Of a stretch of 64,000 nt of DNA, positions 48,760 to 57,876 are shown one piece after another (position 1 is the stretch's first letter; each line of letters opens with the position of its first letter). The stretch lies in UHGV virus genome UHGV-0287696. One strand, given 5' to 3'. Under the pieces are notes generated by a model, which did not search any database, was not told where the DNA came from, and was given only the letters and a program-made list of their open reading frames with translations. This stretch comes from a virus. Made by a program: the position numbers and the translations under genes.

Positions 48760-49494
48760 GTGATCGTGAGTGCGATTGAAACAGCCCGTCGTGACCCTAC
48801 TAAGGTTCATGCGGACTTGGTAAATAACGGCACGGTCACTACTACCAAAGGGGGATGTTACATTTACATCCCCGTTGGGTTTGTGGCGAAAGAGTTGGCG
48901 GTTATTTCTTCTACGGTAACAATTGTAGGGATCTTTGCGATTTCTACCGACCGTAAAACATATGGGGTGTCCAGCGTTACAACGCTTATGGAAATTACCC
49001 CAACGGCGTTTGAAGAGATCGACGTCTTTGGTGTTCCTTATTACGAATTTCGTTTTGATCCCGGTACAGTGGTTTTCCCCAACCGCAATTTACAGGTGTT
49101 GTCTCACCCTATTTACAACATTGCGTCGTATATTTACGACTTTGGTAATCGTCCTTTCTGGTTTACTGCAGCGGATGATGCTGAACTCTTGGCACCTGAT
49201 AAAGTCAAGAAATGGAACGGTTTTACTGTATTTGCCGATCAGATTACCGCTGACGTTTACGCAGCACACACACAGCGTAAAGTAGGTGATCCGAGAACGT
49301 TCTTCCGTTACACGCTGAAGAAAGATAGCGATCTTAACAACCCTGTGCAGTTTATTCCATTGCGCAGTGGTTCACTTAACAAAACGTCGAGACTGGCGAA
49401 ACTTGCAGACGTAGAACTTAAACGTGGTATTCGTTCTGCGCTACAGGTTGACCCAGTGCGTGCCGAACCGCTCGAAGATTTGTTTATGAGGTAA
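48760..49494 (+). CDS. hypothetical protein
   Basis: GTG start with AGGAGG upstream. Confidence 0.4.
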   Translation: MIVSAIETARRDPTKVHADLVNNGTVTTTKGGCYIYIPVGFVAKELAVISSTVTIVGIFAISTDRKTYGVSSVTTLMEITPTAFEEIDVFGVPYYEFRFDPGTVVFPNRNLQVLSHPIYNIASYIYDFGNRPFWFTAADDAELLAPDKVKKWNGFTVFADQITADVYAAHTQRKVGDPRTFFRYTLKKDSDLNNPVQFIPLRSGSLNKTSRLAKLADVELKRGIRSALQVDPVRAEPLEDLFMR

Positions 49495-49525
49495 CCTTAC
49501 CTTTTACTTTTACTCGGGGAAAACA

Positions 49526-50329
49526 ATGGACAATTTAACACTGCGTTACAACTGCGTAGCGTTAGCCGGTGTTAACGCTCCAGCCACACTGGAGAAAGAC
49601 GCGGATGGCTATTACCGCGTACTATTGGGTGCTTTGAATATCTTTAACTCGGAAGGGATTTTTTACGCCTATAACGAGTCTAAGCACGTATTCGAACGCT
49701 CGAATATCTTTATGCGTAAAGTGAAAGCAGGGAATCTGTTCGGGGAAGAAGATCACCCGGCACCAGAACCCGGTATGACCGAAGCGCAATGGATTGATCG
49801 CAACGAATGGATTGAGACGAAAAACGTCTGTATGCACATTCGTGAAGTTGAAGTGATTCCAACCGACCAAACCTGTAACGGGTTGCCGGTTATGGAAATC
49901 TGGGGCTGGATTAAACCGAACCGTGAACGTGGTCCGTACTTGGCAGAAGCGCTCGAAAACCCACACCAGAATGTATGTTTCTCTCTGCGTGCAATCGTAC
50001 GTGAAGGTTATGTAGGTGGTGTGAAAACACGTCGCCTGGATCGCCTGGTAACGTTTGACTGGGTTATCGAAGACGGGTTGCAGATTTGTAACAAATACTC
50101 TGCGATTCAACGCGGTAGTAAAGTGGCTCAAGAATCCACACGCGTTCTGCTGGACCGTCGCGTCTCCCTCCAGGCGCTGGAGGACATTCTGCGAAATCCT
50201 AACACTACGTCTACCATCGCGACAGAATCTCGTCGTGGTGAAGTTCGTGCGTTAGCGCAGGAGTACCTGGCCATCGCTAATAAGAAAACTAACCTGCGTG
50301 TTATGGGTTTAGGTAACGGGAAGTGGTAA
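49526..50329 (+). CDS. hypothetical protein
   Basis: ORF in a coupled series. Confidence 0.4.
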   Translation: MDNLTLRYNCVALAGVNAPATLEKDADGYYRVLLGALNIFNSEGIFYAYNESKHVFERSNIFMRKVKAGNLFGEEDHPAPEPGMTEAQWIDRNEWIETKNVCMHIREVEVIPTDQTCNGLPVMEIWGWIKPNRERGPYLAEALENPHQNVCFSLRAIVREGYVGGVKTRRLDRLVTFDWVIEDGLQICNKYSAIQRGSKVAQESTRVLLDRRVSLQALEDILRNPNTTSTIATESRRGEVRALAQEYLAIANKKTNLRVMGLGNGKW

Positions 50330-50968
50330 ATGGCTGATACTATTGAACCTTCGTTGGTGAAGTGGTTAGAGCAACAACTGCCGCGCACCGCAAAGAAAGT
50401 TTCTTTGAAAAAGTTAGATAGCGCCCCGTTGCATATCAGCGATCGAAAGATTTCGGTTTTCACACCTCGGATTCCTTATAGCGTTTACAGAGACGAAGAC
50501 AAAACGGTACCCCGTATTTGCTGCTCTGCCGATTTAGAACGTTGCCTGCGTGGTGTCCGTCGCTACTTTACACCTGCGGAAACCGCAACCGCTGTGCCAC
50601 GTTTTTATCTGTATGGGTTCGACGAACGTGATGTTGTCCAGCCCTCGATAGAACTGTCGGCTGAACCCTACCGCGCTAATGAAGTGTGGATTGTTCCTCA
50701 CCGCTTATCGAACTGGGAAATTAAACCCAGTATGGTCGGTGAACTGCGTTTAGTTCGACTGGCAAACAACGGATACACTCACACGTTAGCAGTAGCGCTT
50801 AACCAAGACGTTCGTTTGAATGCTAACCAGCTATTAAAGGGTGGTTCATTCTACGAGCTTACTGTAGCGTGTAGTGAACGGGAACCTCAGATTACGATTT
50901 CTGATGCAAAGGAAATCTCTCGGGGTATTTTTGACGCTGCGTTAAACGAATACACTGTAACTCCATAA
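50330..50968 (+). CDS. hypothetical protein
   Basis: Starts immediately after the upstream stop. Confidence 0.4.
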   Translation: MADTIEPSLVKWLEQQLPRTAKKVSLKKLDSAPLHISDRKISVFTPRIPYSVYRDEDKTVPRICCSADLERCLRGVRRYFTPAETATAVPRFYLYGFDERDVVQPSIELSAEPYRANEVWIVPHRLSNWEIKPSMVGELRLVRLANNGYTHTLAVALNQDVRLNANQLLKGGSFYELTVACSEREPQITISDAKEISRGIFDAALNEYTVTP

Positions 50969-51017
50969 TCGCCCAGTTCATGGTCTGCAACCCGAATTTG
51001 TCGATTGTGAGGGAAGC

Positions 51018-51317
51018 ATGAAAGTGGTTAACATTGCCATACCTCCGACTTTGCAAACTTTAACGCCTGAGGAATTGAAAGCACTAACAATCTACGCCGT
51101 TCAAGAGCGTGCTGGAAAGGAAGTGCTTTCTTCGATACTCGCTGAACGTTTTGACACCAAACGTAAAGTCAACAACATTGTCGCAGGTATTTCACAACAA
51201 GATATCGCGAAATTTTATTGCGATGTGCGTCAAGCCGGTACCGAAATCGACTTTACACGTACTTACCTCTTGTTAACTGAACCGTTTCGGTTCATTCTTT
51301 CGATTAAGCAGTCTTAA
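51018..51317 (+). CDS. hypothetical protein
   Basis: 99-aa ORF. Confidence 0.35.
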   Translation: MKVVNIAIPPTLQTLTPEELKALTIYAVQERAGKEVLSSILAERFDTKRKVNNIVAGISQQDIAKFYCDVRQAGTEIDFTRTYLLLTEPFRFILSIKQS

Positions 51318-51382
51318 TTTTTTATTTTACGATTTCTACCGTTATTGTGTCGGAGGAACTTCTACAAAAAGGATAATCAAAA

Positions 51383-51934
51383 ATGTTCAATTTAGATAGT
51401 GACGGCGTGTTCGCGAGTTGGCGTAAATACGTGCTGACCCACCACTTTCAAGGAATGTCCATACAAGAATTTCATGGAATGCCGGAATTGCACCGCCGTG
51501 CACTGGTCCGGGAAATGTATTTAAAGGACCCGGATCTTTTCTATAAACTAGACCCTATACCCGAGGCTGCAAAAATCCTCGAAACGGTAGAAAGTCTGGG
51601 GGAATGCTGGGCGATATTAACGTCGGGTTCGGAAGACCATTTCGATCACGACCGTGTTGTTGAGTGTAAAAAATTATTCTTCGAGAAACACTTTGGTGTG
51701 CCTGGTCACAAAGTTATCGTAACCACAAACTCTGCAGAAAAAGCGACTTACGCTGATAAGGGGAGATTGTTAGTGGATGACTATGGCCGGAATTGCCGTG
51801 AGTGGGTGTTAAAGAACGGGACCGCGATCTATACGCGGACGGATGAGCCTGACGTTGACGCCATTTGCCGACAACTCAGAACATTCGCAGAAAATCCCTT
51901 CGAATACTCAGGTCAGATTTTGTGCGTGCAGTAA
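51383..51934 (+). CDS. HAD-superfamily nucleotidase (5'(3')-deoxyribonucleotidase-like)
   Basis: HAD motif I FNLDSDGVF; S/T motif ILTSGS; DD motif LLVDDYG. Confidence 0.45.
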   Translation: MFNLDSDGVFASWRKYVLTHHFQGMSIQEFHGMPELHRRALVREMYLKDPDLFYKLDPIPEAAKILETVESLGECWAILTSGSEDHFDHDRVVECKKLFFEKHFGVPGHKVIVTTNSAEKATYADKGRLLVDDYGRNCREWVLKNGTAIYTRTDEPDVDAICRQLRTFAENPFEYSGQILCVQ

Positions 51935-51942
51935 AACCATTC

Positions 51943-51980
51943 GGCTAGTCTATTCGATGAATAGACTAGCCCACCTTTAT
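51943..51980 (+). terminator. intrinsic terminator
   Basis: Perfect 13-bp stem GGCTAGTCTATTC / GAATAGACTAGCC, loop GAT, then CACCTTTATTTT. Confidence 0.6.
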
Positions 51981-52077
51981 TTTAACCCTATTGAAAATTA
52001 TCTTAGATATATTTTACTTAGGTGAGCGTTGTAGAATTACACGCTATTCGACTGTTTAACCTAAAGGAGTATTAAGA

Positions 52078-52503
52078 ATGAAAAACGAATTATTTAAAGA
52101 CCCGTTTGTTGCGATGATGGTCGCTGTCAGAGCAGCAAGTGTTGCTGAAGATTTAAACCGTCTCCTCATCGATGAAGCATACTTGCGCGAGCAAAGCTCT
52201 ATGTATTTAGAAAAAGAAATCCTGGAATTCCCGGGCAACATGAAAGCGTTGGTTGAAACGCTTAGAGACGAAAAATGGAGAAAAGCACACCCATTGTCCG
52301 AATACATTAATTTATCAATTGAAAAACTAATACCGGAAGTAAAAGCGGATAAAAAACTTTGGGCTAAACTGGATGAATCTGACCGTGAGGTATTAGCAAT
52401 TGTCTTACGTGCAGCCATGATTAATATCGATATAGTAACAGTTGAACTTGCAGGTAACACACAAGGAGATGCAGCTCATGGTCTGGTCAGAACAATTCAT
52501 TGA
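52078..52503 (+). CDS. small hypothetical protein, tandem paralog A
   Basis: AGGAG-tattaa upstream; shares DPF... and KWRKAH blocks with the next ORF. Confidence 0.4.
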   Translation: MKNELFKDPFVAMMVAVRAASVAEDLNRLLIDEAYLREQSSMYLEKEILEFPGNMKALVETLRDEKWRKAHPLSEYINLSIEKLIPEVKADKKLWAKLDESDREVLAIVLRAAMINIDIVTVELAGNTQGDAAHGLVRTIH

Positions 52504-52867
52504 TATTTGTCGTGACCCCTTCACCTTATGGATTCTGTGTAGCTTACGTCGTGATGACAGATTCTATACTTTCGTAACAGACCCACAAGCACTTGAGCTC
52601 CACGTAAAACGCGTTGAGGCGCATTTAGAGACGTTAAAAGAGGAAAGCAATACCATCGTACCTAAAGATGCGTTTTTGTGCCGTATGGCGTCTCCTAAGT
52701 GGCGTGAAGCGCATCGGCTAAAAGCACCTACGCTCCCGGATATGGTGCAAGAGCTTGCAAAGGTAGTAAGCGCTGACCATATCCTTTATCGAAACATTAT
52801 CCAAGAACCTGACGATTGGAAAAACCATCGTATTCTGTTGGCACGCTGTCAGTTCACATTCTCTTAA
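52478..52867 (+). CDS. small hypothetical protein, tandem paralog B
   Basis: ATG at 52478 with AGGAG upstream (ORF track starts at 52442); DPFTLW and KWREAH blocks. Confidence 0.4.
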   Translation: MVWSEQFIDICRDPFTLWILCSLRRDDRFYTFVTDPQALELHVKRVEAHLETLKEESNTIVPKDAFLCRMASPKWREAHRLKAPTLPDMVQELAKVVSADHILYRNIIQEPDDWKNHRILLARCQFTFS

Positions 52868-52888
52868 TCGACTTGTAAGGTATTATCA

Positions 52889-53560
52889 ATGGAAGCTACT
52901 GAAATTAATAAATTCTGGGAACGTGTACTTAGCCACTTCCGCGATTTCTATCGCTATACCGATAGCGCACATCGACTAGACCACATTCTTTCTGTGAAGT
53001 CGAACGCTGTTCGTATCGCTTACCTGTTGAACGAAACTCAACACTTAAAGAATGTTCTGGTTGCTGTGGCAGCGCACGATATTTTCTCCACACCTGCTGA
53101 CCGTGCCTCCCACCACATCAAAGCATTCAATTACGTGCTTGATTCTGCACCTATTCTCAGACGTCGCTTTAAACTTACCTCCGACGATGTAACCGAGGTA
53201 GCGTATGCAGTATTAGAACATCGGAGTTCCCACAAAGGTGGTTATAATTCCATTGTTTCTGAAATTGTCGCTGCCGCCGATCGCGGTATCCCTACCGTCG
53301 AAGAAGTTAAAAATTACATGCACCGCTCTTACTTATACGCACGTGACCATGGAAAATCCGTGACTGATTCAAAATTCCATGCAATCAGTCACGTACAAAA
53401 TAAGTTCGGTCGTAATGGTAAATCTCGTGTTCCTGATTGGTATAACGCATTGTTTGCGAAAGAAATCTTGGAACGCCAAGAGTACGTTGAAATGCTCGAC
53501 TTAGCGTATTTCACCGACGAAATCATCACTGGCTTAGAAAGCCGTCTTCAACAACAGTAA
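52889..53560 (+). CDS. HD-domain phosphohydrolase candidate
   Basis: His/Asp pattern AHRLDH ... VAAHDIF ... SHHIK ... LEHRSSH ... AADRG consistent with an HD metal-binding set. Confidence 0.4.
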   Translation: MEATEINKFWERVLSHFRDFYRYTDSAHRLDHILSVKSNAVRIAYLLNETQHLKNVLVAVAAHDIFSTPADRASHHIKAFNYVLDSAPILRRRFKLTSDDVTEVAYAVLEHRSSHKGGYNSIVSEIVAAADRGIPTVEEVKNYMHRSYLYARDHGKSVTDSKFHAISHVQNKFGRNGKSRVPDWYNALFAKEILERQEYVEMLDLAYFTDEIITGLESRLQQQ

Positions 53561-53579
53561 ACCTTAAGGAATAAATCAA

Positions 53580-54062
53580 ATGGCACAAGTAATGTCTACT
53601 AAAGAACTGGCTGCAATGATCGATGCGCTGGAAACTCCGGCAATGACTCTGGACGAAAGCGCGGTACTTAACGCAGACCCGTTAATCAAAATCTACGAAG
53701 AATCACTTCCGGTCATCAAAGTGAATGACACCGATTATCGTCTGACGCTACAGGATGCGGATGCGGTTCGCCAACACGATGCGAACTTCCTGGAAGTCTA
53801 CGGTAAGGTTGCGTCAGAACTTATCGTTGAGAAAGCGAAAGCAGACGACGAACTGGTCGCACTGGACCTTACCACGAATATTGGTAATGCGTCGTTCTCT
53901 ACGGTGTTCTCACGTCCAACTGGGGAAACAGTAGGGGCGTCTGAATGGGCAGCTTCTATCGGCTTTGGTTACGGTGTACCTAAGTCAAAAGAGCTGGAAG
54001 GGAAAATGCGCAAAGTGTTTGCTGATGCGATGATGGCGGGCGATGACGAAGACGACGAATAA
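53580..54062 (+). CDS. acidic hypothetical protein, high-expression codon usage
   Basis: Codon choice visibly biased toward CTG/CCG/GAA/AAA-type codons; followed by two terminators. Confidence 0.45.
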   Translation: MAQVMSTKELAAMIDALETPAMTLDESAVLNADPLIKIYEESLPVIKVNDTDYRLTLQDADAVRQHDANFLEVYGKVASELIVEKAKADDELVALDLTTNIGNASFSTVFSRPTGETVGASEWAASIGFGYGVPKSKELEGKMRKVFADAMMAGDDEDDE

Positions 54063-54080
54063 GATCGCCATTATTTCAGG

Positions 54081-54108
54081 AGCCCGACTATATCGGGCTT
54101 TTGTTCCT
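54081..54108 (+). terminator. intrinsic terminator (first of a tandem pair)
   Basis: AGCCCGA-CTATAT-TCGGGCT followed by TTTGTT. Confidence 0.45.
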
Positions 54109-54223
54109 GAAGAGAAAATCAATCCTACGAAATGGCAACAACCTCTTTCTCGGAAGCCAGGGCCACCTAGACCGATTGATGGTCTGGTTTACCTGAGCCA
54201 TCGACGGAGAAAATAAAATCTAG

Positions 54224-54252
54224 GGCGGTCTTATGACCGCCTTATTTTTTTT
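54224..54252 (+). terminator. intrinsic terminator (second of a tandem pair)
   Basis: GGCGGTC-TTAT-GACCGCC followed by TTATTTTTTTTT. Confidence 0.6.
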
Positions 54253-54272
54253 TGATTTCAGGAGATAAAACA

Positions 54273-54830
54273 ATGCAAAACTTATTCGATGGTTATCCCG
54301 TGGCTCAAGAAAAGCCGAATACAGAACGGGCCGTGGCGCTTCCTAACGTCATGAACCGTACAGAAGTCATTAGCCATCTTAACCAGATCGGTGAAATCTT
54401 TACGTTGTCTATGCAAGCCACTTTAGGTGATGCGTTTCCACACATCGCGGGCTGGCCTGCTGAAACGATCCCACACACTATCAACGGCTACCAGCGTTTC
54501 TTAACCGAAATACGTAGCAGTTCAGTCGGTAATGTCGTCGCCGGTTACGTTATCCGTTTCAAACAGCTCTTACGGATTGAGTTCGGTGAAGATGTATTAG
54601 AAGCGTTGGAATCCGAATTGGTTAGCTTGCACAACAACGAAATTATACGTAACGAAAAAGGAAATGGCGACACAGAACTAACACTGTGGCGTGTTGCTTA
54701 TCCCAGCGACACCACCAACACCCCACCCACCACGTTCGATCTACTCTCTACGTTCCTGCTGTTAATGCAGATGAAAAACTTAATTATTCGTTCTTCTGCT
54801 CGTAAACAACTGGCGCAAGAAGAAAAATAA
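54273..54830 (+). CDS. hypothetical protein
   Basis: ATG at 54273 with AGGAG upstream (ORF track starts at 54252). Confidence 0.4.
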   Translation: MQNLFDGYPVAQEKPNTERAVALPNVMNRTEVISHLNQIGEIFTLSMQATLGDAFPHIAGWPAETIPHTINGYQRFLTEIRSSSVGNVVAGYVIRFKQLLRIEFGEDVLEALESELVSLHNNEIIRNEKGNGDTELTLWRVAYPSDTTNTPPTTFDLLSTFLLLMQMKNLIIRSSARKQLAQEEK

Positions 54831-54833
54831 AAG

Positions 54834-54877
54834 CTACCTACCTCCTTGACGGAGGTAGGTAAACTTATTTTTTTTGC
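54834..54877. terminator. bidirectional terminator (CTACCTACCTCC stem family)
   Basis: TACCTACCTCC-TTGAC-GGAGGTAGGTA with T tracts on both strands, between convergent genes. Confidence 0.6.
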
Positions 54878-55753
54878 TTAACGAAGCTGATTTGCCATCT
54901 GTTCGTCGGACACAGAACGATAACCGCCAGCCGTAGCATCGACGTCTGGGTTGATACCGTTGGTCTGTTGAGACGGAGTAAGCCACAGTTTGCGTTCGTA
55001 AGGACGCAGACCGTAAAGCTTCATGCGCTCCAGTTCTTTCTGAGCTGCCTGCATCGGACCCCAACCTGTCCATTGCTGGGAGGTGAAGGTGATAGACAGT
55101 TCGTTGGTCTGAGGACCGGTGTTCGGGTCACGTTCACCGATATCTTGACCGTTAGACTCAGGAGCCATGTTCGTCAGCCACCACGCGTTCTGCGGTTTAC
55201 GCTGATACGCATCCGGTTCGAAATACAGCACGGTCATGCTGTACATATCCGGCAGGTGATCTGGCACATTCGGGTTGATTGCCGCCAGACCAGGGTGGCC
55301 TGTGTGCGGGTCACAAACACCGTAAACCAACCACGCCCAGAGCATGTTCTGATACACTTTACCCAGTTTATCCGGGGTCGTGTGCGTAACCGAAGACAGT
55401 GCTTCCGTTACCAGACCAGCTTCGTACTGAACGCGGTTGTTACGTCCCTGCTGAGTCTGTACGTACTCAGCACTCAGGGATTTGTCCAGGCCGGTAATCG
55501 TGGTGTGAACTTCGATGAAGGATTTGATTGCCTGACGCCACAGTTGTGGGTTCGGCATGTAATCAACCCAACGAGGGAATTCCATCACACGTGCGATTAC
55601 GTTACGACGCAGACGGTGGGCGTTGGTAACGAACTTACCAACCTGACCGACCGGACCGTTTTGACCAGACGAGAAGGGGTTAACCATATCGTACTGGCCG
55701 CCATCGACGTGGAGGCCCTGGTCAGGTAAAATCATGCGTTCTTTAATAGACAT
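54878..55753 (-). CDS. abundant virion protein, tail-tube-like candidate
   Basis: Start 3 nt after the stop of the upstream 685-aa gene; GGAGAG upstream; high-expression codon usage. The function is inferred from gene order only. Confidence 0.4.
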   Translation of the reverse strand: MSIKERMILPDQGLHVDGGQYDMVNPFSSGQNGPVGQVGKFVTNAHRLRRNVIARVMEFPRWVDYMPNPQLWRQAIKSFIEVHTTITGLDKSLSAEYVQTQQGRNNRVQYEAGLVTEALSSVTHTTPDKLGKVYQNMLWAWLVYGVCDPHTGHPGLAAINPNVPDHLPDMYSMTVLYFEPDAYQRKPQNAWWLTNMAPESNGQDIGERDPNTGPQTNELSITFTSQQWTGWGPMQAAQKELERMKLYGLRPYERKLWLTPSQQTNGINPDVDATAGGYRSVSDEQMANQLR

Positions 55754-55756
55754 CTA

Positions 55757-57814
55757 TTAGCTCTCCGTACTGTCGCGACGATAAACTTTGATCGTCGTGT
55801 TGAACTGCGACAACAGTACACCGCCTTCAGCTTTAATGTCCAGCGTGATAGAGTAGCCATTGGCTTTATCGTCCGCTGTCATATACGCACTCGGAGTAAT
55901 GTCGGCAATATTATCCAGGCGACCTTCCAAACGCTCGGTGATTTTGTTTTCAATCATTTTCGCGCGTTCGTCGTCCGTCATACGGCTTTCACCGGACATA
56001 TCTGCCCAAACCTGATCGCTGACACGATAAACGTAAGTCAGGATGAAGTTAAACAGTGCGTTGTTCAGCACTGAACGTTCTTCGCTATAGATGGACTGGA
56101 TAGCTGGGATGAACAAACGATAGTAGTCGCGGGAACGTGCAGTAACCAGAGACACATCCCAGTCGGACGCGTAAATCTCGTTACCTTTCCACGGCATACT
56201 CAGATCGTACAGATCTTCGATGATCGTCTCTTCACCACGGCTGAAACGATACGCCGGTTTTGCACGTCCTTCACCAGAACCGAGATACTTCGAGAAGAAG
56301 TTCGCAATGCTATAACACATCGGAACCGGTTTCTTGTAGCTCGAGTTACGGATGAACGCAGACTGACCAGTAATCATCCCACGGCACGCCGGGGTACCGT
56401 AATAAGACGACTCAGGCACAGACGTAATCATTTCGATCAACGCTGTCTTCACGTTCTCTTCGGTTTGTATGTCGTTACGACCTTCGTTATAAACGTGAGT
56501 ACAGAGTGTCAAGAACGTGTTACGTGAACGGCCAATGAAATTGGTCAGCACTTTCTTGGTATCCATGCTAAAGCCGGAGTCCCAGAAGCAGCCTAACGAA
56601 TATTTCAGTTCGTTATCGTAACGGACTTTACCGCCGTCCGGGAACAGGCTCATCTCACGACGCACGAGTTTGTCGTAAGCATCGTTACCCATCGTCCCGT
56701 CACTACCGCCCTGCAGATAGTGAATATTAGAAGCAGAAAAGACAACTTTACCTACTTCATCAGATGGGCTAACTTGCAGACCATCGTACATTTGACCGGT
56801 TAAATCCAGACCGCCGAAGATATCGACCATATACGGATCGGTAATCGCTGGTTTCGCATTCTGAATTTTAGACTGTGCCAGTTTCAGAACAGTTTCCAGG
56901 TTTTCACGGTAAATGTAGAACTCTTCGAAAGGACCGTAGTCCGGCAGACCACCGATGTCTGGCATCGTCTGACGATAGGCATCTGGAACAACGACTTCGA
57001 AGTCCAGTTGAGTAGCCATCGGCTGATAGTATGCATCGGGCTTGAAGCTAACATTGATGCTGCTGAGACCTTTAAGGGTCTTCCAAATTACCGGCGATGT
57101 AACCCCTGCTAAGGTTTCAAACCATTGCAGTGCGTACATACGTCCACCTACATTAGTCTGATAAGCAGACGCGATAGATGGGCTGGATTTTTCGTTCAGC
57201 GGAACCAGTTTAAAACCGAAACCGTTGACATCAGCACCCGCATACGGGCCTTTAATGTCGAAGATCGGATAGAGCTTTGATTTCGCGCTGGTGGTTTCGT
57301 CGGTCATTGTCCCTTCAGTAACCACACCTTTTTTCAGGGTGGTTACATCTTCGACAACTTGCAGACGGAAAACCACTTTCAAGCCATCAACGTCTTCTTT
57401 CTTCTTCGGCTTACCATTACTTTCGTACTGGATAACACCGTTCACACGCTCGTATGAAGGAACTTTGGTTTCGAGGACGTCAGCCACCAGGCGGACAGCT
57501 GCGACTTTCGCATCGTCCGGCACCAGACGCTGATACATACACTCGTTACCATTGGCATTAAACATCGCCTGGAAAGGTGTGTTGAACGTCGCGTAATCGC
57601 CACGCAGGTCGAACAAATCACGACCAAGCAGAGACAATGCATTATCCCCGGATAACGGGAACGCCTCGTCGTCTACCCCGCGTGATGCAAAGGTGAAGAT
57701 CAGCGGCTTATGAATCGGATCACCCGTGGGGGTCCGGGCAAGTTCAGGGACAGAGTTATCCTGCCACCCTTGCTTGTTATTCAACGGCGCGCCGTTTCGT
57801 GGAATAAAACTCAT
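55757..57814 (-). CDS. abundant virion protein, tail-sheath-like candidate (685 aa)
   Basis: High-expression codon usage; GGAGA upstream; the size and the large-then-small two-gene operon resemble a sheath-tube pair. No motif-level confirmation. Confidence 0.4.
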   Translation of the reverse strand: MSFIPRNGAPLNNKQGWQDNSVPELARTPTGDPIHKPLIFTFASRGVDDEAFPLSGDNALSLLGRDLFDLRGDYATFNTPFQAMFNANGNECMYQRLVPDDAKVAAVRLVADVLETKVPSYERVNGVIQYESNGKPKKKEDVDGLKVVFRLQVVEDVTTLKKGVVTEGTMTDETTSAKSKLYPIFDIKGPYAGADVNGFGFKLVPLNEKSSPSIASAYQTNVGGRMYALQWFETLAGVTSPVIWKTLKGLSSINVSFKPDAYYQPMATQLDFEVVVPDAYRQTMPDIGGLPDYGPFEEFYIYRENLETVLKLAQSKIQNAKPAITDPYMVDIFGGLDLTGQMYDGLQVSPSDEVGKVVFSASNIHYLQGGSDGTMGNDAYDKLVRREMSLFPDGGKVRYDNELKYSLGCFWDSGFSMDTKKVLTNFIGRSRNTFLTLCTHVYNEGRNDIQTEENVKTALIEMITSVPESSYYGTPACRGMITGQSAFIRNSSYKKPVPMCYSIANFFSKYLGSGEGRAKPAYRFSRGEETIIEDLYDLSMPWKGNEIYASDWDVSLVTARSRDYYRLFIPAIQSIYSEERSVLNNALFNFILTYVYRVSDQVWADMSGESRMTDDERAKMIENKITERLEGRLDNIADITPSAYMTADDKANGYSITLDIKAEGGVLLSQFNTTIKVYRRDSTES

Positions 57815-57876
57815 GGAACGTCTCCATATTCAGTCTTTAAGACCTTGAAAAAGGGTCATACTAAGGTATCATACTC

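Noticed and set aside
51983-52030. Possible sigma-70-like promoter (TTGAAA ... TATATT or TAGAAT) downstream of the terminator at 51943.
   Set aside because: Spacing to any -10 candidate is not canonical and no extended -10 is present; cannot be supported without transcript mapping.
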